DNA from: Lama guanicoe | Lineage: Eukaryota | Assembly: GCA_013239625.1 (NCBI GenBank) | Contig: MU053588.1 | Location: forward strand, 2,490,508 to 2,554,507 | Length of the DNA stretch: 64,000 bases | Reading direction: 5' to 3' | In this document: piece by piece, positions 58,684 through 64,000 of the stretch | Layout of the letters: each line of letters begins with the position of its first letter | Position numbering within the stretch: the first letter of the stretch is position 1 | Program-made: the position numbers and the translations under genes | Notes under the pieces: generated by a model | What the model was told of the DNA's origin: nothing | The model's input: only the letters and a program-made list of their open reading frames with translations | The model's database searches: none

Positions 58684-58810
58684 CTGCTGAGCTGCAGGGG
58701 CAGCTGAGGTGGGTTCTGGAGCTGACTGGCTGGACTGGCAGTGGCTGCTGCCAGTGTGTGCCCAGGAGCTCTGAGTGTGCCTTGAGGGCAGGGGCTGCTC
58801 TTAAATCATC
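58684..58810 (-). promoter_or_regulatory. CYP2F1: Probable CYP2F non-coding exon 1 and TATA-like box
   Basis: Minus-strand donor CAG|GTAAAG at 58683; TATA-like GATTTAAGAG near 58798-58807; matching acceptor CTGCAG 11 nt upstream of the ATG (57432-57433). Confidence 0.6.
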
Positions 58811-59589
58811 TCTGTCCACACCTCCCTGCCCCACTTTCTCCTAGTTCTCCCAGTGACTTTTAATCCCACCCATCTTCCTGCCTTACCTTGAGTGGGGCCA
58901 GGGCTCACAGCCAGATGGAATGATGCCACTCTCCCAAGCTCTCCACCAGGTGTGTCTGTTTTTGGCTTCTGCACCAGAAACTAGCCATCATTACTCAACT
59001 CCTGGTCAGATGAGAAGGGCAGACTGCAAAAACCTGAAGCTGGATGAGGACTCCAGTTCCTGGGGTGGGGCTGGGGTGGGGGAGAGAGCCCCAGAAGTCA
59101 AGGGCCTGGGAGTGGAGGTGTGGGTGCCCCCACAGGTCCTTTGGTGTACACCATGGTTGTCGTTCCCATGGGGAGGGGGTGGGTGGTGGGTGGGGAAGAA
59201 GTGGCTGGAGATTCTGGGGAATTTGATACCCAAGGTCCCAGGCACATGCTGGGATGGAGGTGGGGCCCATGGTATTGCTTAAGTCCCAGAAAGGCAGGTT
59301 AGGGCACATCCTGGAAGAGGGGTAAAGCCTTGATTATGATTAATTCTCTCTACTTTTTTTGGCATCTATACTTCTGTCGGAGGGAGGCAGTACTGGATCT
59401 ACCTGAACCCGGCAAGTGACTTTTCCCTGACCCTAGAACTGGGTTGAGAGGGGCCTGATTTGGACTGCCTTACTGGGGAACTTGGGGTTCATGAGAAGGG
59501 GAGGTTTAAGGGGCTTTGAGTTCCTCTTGCAGTCTGACTTGCTCTGCAGCTGCAGAGGGAACGTGGGGGTGGGGAGGGGTGTACTGGGA

Positions 59590-59800
59590 GCTTTCTCAGC
59601 CTCAGCACTACTTGGGGCTAGGTAGTTCTTCAGAGGTGGGAGGCTATGCTGGGCATGGGAAGACGTTTAGCAGCCTCTCTGGTCTTTACCCACTAGATAT
59701 CAGTAGCAGCCCCGCCCCTAGATGTAAAAATCAAAAATGACTCCAGACATTATTTAACGTCCACTGGGGGGCAAAGTCCAACCCTATTGGGAAGCGCTGG
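59590..59800 (+). mobile_element. MER20-like DNA transposon
   Basis: ctttctcagcctcagcacta...gacgtttagcagcctctctggtctttacccactagat...aaaaatgactccagacatt...ctggggggcaaa resembles MER20 (recalled, not aligned). Confidence 0.7.
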
Positions 59801-59981
59801 TGTAATGGAAGGCACTGAAACACACACACACCAAGGGCAGCTGAACCCTCCTCATCTTTAATTGGCCTCTCCTTGACCCCCAACTCTCATGCTTTTTCCT
59901 GCCCCCTCAAGCCTCCAAGACCTTTTCCTCCCATCTCACTCTGTTGATGACCCCATTTTTCATCCCACAGAGAAAAGAGCA

Positions 59982-60012
<31 letters not shown>

Positions 60013-60028
60013 CAAAACAAAACAAAAC
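59982..60028. repeat. (CAAAA)n repeat
   Basis: Read directly. Confidence 0.9.
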
Positions 60029-60989
60029 TAGCTCAATCTCTAAAACCAGGCTTGCCTGCCTACAAGAATCTGAGCCACAGATGTAGCCGTCTTTCCTGAC
60101 ACGGAAAGGGCAATGTTTCCTGAAGGTGAAAAGGCCATCCCCTTTCTATTACCAACTGGATGGCTTTCCTTCTGTTTATTGAATCATGTTTTGTGTAGCT
60201 GTGCGTAGATGGATTTTTTCCCCTAGTTTACAATTTTTTGAGGTTAAAATTTAAGATGTCATGAAAGATACAAATCTTGCACAAACATTTGCAGAGTTTT
60301 GAATGCATACACCAGTGTCATCCAAAGTCCTATGAAGACAGAGAAAGTGCACAATTTTTCTTAATATGGGATCACTGATCTCAAGAATATTCCATTTACA
60401 AAATTAGTTGCCAGTGTCAAGAACTGATTGTTGATGCGAATTTAACTCGTATCATCTGTAAAAAGTCAATTTATAAAAAAAGAAATATTTTAAAATGGCA
60501 GCTAGGGTAATTTGATTCTGAAATGTTTTGTTCAGAAAAAATTAGGGTCTTATGGGGCTAGATTATTTTACACCTGTTAACCAATTATACTCTTTTGCTT
60601 TTCCCTCCAGTGTAATATATAGAAAGAGCCTGGGCTTTGCAGTCAGTAGATCTGGATTCAAATCCTGATTCTATCACTTAAAAGCTATGTGACATTCAAA
60701 GATTTACTGAATGTCTCTATACCTCAGCTTCTTCATGGGCAAAACGGAAGTAATACTTTACATCCCAGCCTGTAATTCAGTGCCTGGCCCAGAACTCAAA
60801 ATTTGTTATAAAACAAATGAATAATGTCAGGAATGTTCCTGGCACATGGGTGACATTTAATGACAGTTCTCCCATGCATGTATGCCTGGTAATTTTTGAT
60901 TGGATGCCAGTCATTGTAAACTTTGCCTTGTTGGTGCTGGATATTTTATGTTCCTAACAGATCTGCACTCTGACAAAACACCCTCAAAC

Positions 60990-61560
60990 TGTTAGCCATC
61001 AAAGATTCTGAAAGCAGCGAGAAAAAAGTGACTCACATCAAGCAAGCTGACTTCTTGTCAGAAACTTTCAAGGTCAGAAAGCAGTAGGGTGACATATCCA
61101 AAGAGCTGAAAGAAAGAAAGAAGGGGGAAAAAAGAACATCCAGCAAAAACTATCATTCAAAAAGGTAGGTGAAATTAAGACATTCCCAGATTTAAAAAGA
61201 TTAAGAGAGAGAATCCATTGCTAGTAGATTTCCACACTAAAAGAACTTCTTCAGGTTGAATGAAATGATACCAGAAGACAACTGAACACATATAAAGAAA
61301 TAAAGAGCAGTGGGGAGGGTATAGATCAGTGGTAGAGATTGTGCCTAGGATGCACAAGGTCCTGGGTTCAGTCCCCAGTACCTCCATTAGAGATAAATAA
61401 ATAAAAACCTAATTACTTTCCCCCAATAAAAATATAATTAGTTAATTAAAAAAATAAAGAGCATCAATAAAGGTAATTATGTAGGTAAAAATAGAATATA
61501 GGGAAAATATTTCTCTCTTTCTTCTCCTAACTGGTTTAAAAGACAATTGCATAAACCAGT
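60990..61560 (+). mobile_element. Old LINE-1 ORF1-region fragment
   Basis: aagattctgaaagcagcgagaaaaaag, gctgacttcttgtcagaaac, catccagcaaaaactatcattcaaaaa, gaaattaagacattcccaga. Confidence 0.7.
61311..61452 (+). mobile_element. tRNA-derived SINE with target-site duplication
   Basis: ggggagggtatagatcagtggtagag...gggttcagtccccagtacctcca plus an AT tail, flanked by aaataaagagca on both sides. Confidence 0.85.
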
Positions 61561-62934
61561 AATGGTAAAGCATTTATTTGATTTTTTTTTGAATTCCAGT
61601 CCTCTTTGGGAATTCTCCATTTCCCATACATTTATCTATGTTATCCTCTACTTTCTTTACCGTATTTATGAAAGCCACATTACAATCCTTGTTCATTTAC
61701 TCTCATATCTAAATTGCTTGTAGGTCTTTTATTTTGTTTTCTCTGCAAGATTATCATTCTCATTTTCCTCTTCCTGTATCTAGCTAGTGTAATTTTGTAT
61801 GGCAGACATAATGACTAAACAAACCAGTGGTGTGCCAGACAGTTACCATCCCAGAGGCTTTCTCATTTCTTCTGGCTGACAGATAGGATGAACAGCCGAT
61901 GATTTCAAAACAGCAGGGAGTGAGCTGTGTTGGAACTACAATTCCAGTTTTAGTAAGACTCAGTTCATCATTGTTTCTTCCACATTCATCAGGAGTCGCA
62001 TATCTCCACCCTGCGCTTTCAATTAGAATCTGGTGGGTTTCCATCTACTCAGCCCTGAAATTCTTCAGAAGTGATGCTGGTTGGAGAAATTGTGCTTAGC
62101 TTTTTAGCTACCTGTTCATACCCCCCGAATAAAACTCTCACAAATATAGGTGGGACTGGCTGGGTATCTGAGGCAGGTCCCTTTTGCCTACTGAGGTTTT
62201 AAACCTCTATTAGTGGTGAGAATATATGAGATTTACTTTCTTCTAAAAATGCTTATTCCCCACCTTCATGCCAAGACCCTCGAATTCAGCAAATGTTCTC
62301 TGAGAAATGCTGTATGTTTGAGGTTCCTCAAATTCCCCGTACATCATACCATCACACCATCCCTGTGCTACTACCAGCGTATTACTGGTTTCTCTTTCCC
62401 CTATCAGAGACCCTCTGTACAAGCCAACTCTAACCCTCAATTCTAGGTAGATTCAGAAAATCCCAACAGAGAAGAACATTTCTCGTAATTGGAAGGCTCC
62501 TGACCTCTGTAGTTTCAGTTCATCTCATTCTCATGGCTTCTACAGCTCTTTCATTCATACTTTTCTTTGTAATGTAAATTTTACTACTCTGTGGAAGTGG
62601 GAATGTTTTACTGCCTTTACCTACTACATCCTATTCAGAACTGGAATTTTAATCTCCACTCTTTTGAAGTTGATTATTCTTTGAACTATTATTCTTATTT
62701 TCAATTGGGATGCTAGGACAGAGTTCTGAGAAGAAAGAGTGAATGTGGAGAGGATTTCCTTGAAACCAAGGCTTGTTAATTAGTGAGAAGGTACTGGTCC
62801 AGGCAGAGGGCGAGGCTGAGACTAAAAAACCTTCAGATCAGACCCAACCTCACTTTTTCCATAGTCATTTGGGAACCATAGCTGAACATATGAGCATGAA
62901 CCAATCTTGCAAACTCAAGATTGGAGAAAAAGAT

Positions 62935-63033
62935 AGAAAGAAAGAGAGAGAGAGAGAGAAAGGAAGGAAGGAAGGAAGGAAGGAGGGAAGGGAGGAAGGA
63001 AGGAAGGAAGGAAGGAAGGAAGGAAGGAAGGAA

Positions 63034-63098
<65 letters not shown>

Positions 63099-63164
63099 GA
63101 GAGAAAAAGGAAGGAAGGAAGGAAGGAGGGAAGGGAGGAAGGAAGGAAGGAAGGAAGGAAGGAA

Positions 63165-63206
<42 letters not shown>

Positions 63207-63290
63207 AAAAGAAAGAGAAAGAAAGAAAAGAAAGAGAGAGAGGAAGAAAAAGAAAGAAAGAAAGAAAAGAAAGAGAGAGAGGGGAAGAAA

Positions 63291-63326
<36 letters not shown>

Positions 63327-63411
63327 AAAAGAAAGAGAAAGAAAGAAAAGAAAGAGAGAGAGAAAGGAAGAAAAAGAAAGAAAGAAAGAAAAGAAAGAGA
63401 GAGAGGGGAAG

Positions 63412-63470
<59 letters not shown>

Positions 63471-63560
63471 GAAAGAAAGAAAGAAGAAGAAGGAAAGAAA
63501 GAAGAAGAAGGAAGGGAGGAAGGAAGGAAGGGAGGAAGGGAGGAAAGGAGGAAGGAAGGA
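62935..63560. repeat. Compound (GGAA)n/(GAAA)n/(GA)n pure-purine tract
   Basis: About 625 nt containing only A and G on the + strand. Confidence 0.97.
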
Positions 63561-64000
63561 CTGGGGAACTCAACTCTTAGCGAGAGAGGCAGCAAAGTGC
63601 AGTGGGCCAGAGCCTGGCCTCTGTAATAAAGCTGTCGAGGCTGCCAGTTGCTAGCTATGTGACCTTGGGCAAACTCATCTCTGTGCTGGAATGTCGCTGT
63701 CAATAATATAGATATAACAATAGTACTTAGCTTAGAGGGATACTGAGAGGATTGATTGGAATGACATATTTTTTTCTTTCTTTTCATTTTTCATTTTTAT
63801 TAGGTAGAATTGTTACAATTTGACTGCACATATACAATATATTGCATGTAAATACATATACACAATATACTGCACATATTTTTAAAATTTATGTATATGT
63901 ACTGTTCATTGTTTATAAGAATGTTTAGAGCTTTAGCTTTTTAAACTTACATAGTTATCAAAGGAATAAAGCCAACCACAAAGTAAGAATTAATTAAAAA

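Noticed and set aside
62773..63787. Four long ORFs (219-293 aa), K/E/R-rich or F/L/S-rich
   Set aside because: They are translations of the GAAA/GGAA microsatellite, which lacks stop codons in most frames.

Overview
Mammalian genomic DNA whose gene order matches human 19q13.2. The tRNA-derived SINEs resemble camelid Vic-1, so a camelid source is likely (inference). In order, the window holds: the probable 3' UTR of ITPKC (+), ACTMAP/C19orf54 (-, 6 coding exons, one U12-type intron), a bidirectional CCAAT/YY1 promoter, SNRPA (+, 282 aa, with the PIE and U1-site autoregulatory 3' UTR), MIA (+, 130 aa), RAB4B (+, 213 aa, with an inverted MHC-II-like X-X2-Y module upstream), EGLN2/PHD1 (+, 401 aa), a complete but heavily disabled 9-exon CYP2T pseudogene (-), an intact CYP2F gene (-, 491 aa), and a repeat-rich, AT-richer end with a ~620-nt pure-purine tract. 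Exon boundaries were read by hand from splice signals, and for each intact gene the exon lengths sum to a whole reading frame. The most notable unexplained signals are: (1) a degenerate copy of part of EGLN2's first coding exon inside the next intron, flanked by splice sites and carrying a stop; (2) a candidate poison exon in SNRPA intron 1 containing a perfect U12-type 5' splice site; (3) a strong-Kozak uORF overlapping the EGLN2 start; (4) an octamer-motif cluster upstream of EGLN2. These are hypotheses from sequence alone.
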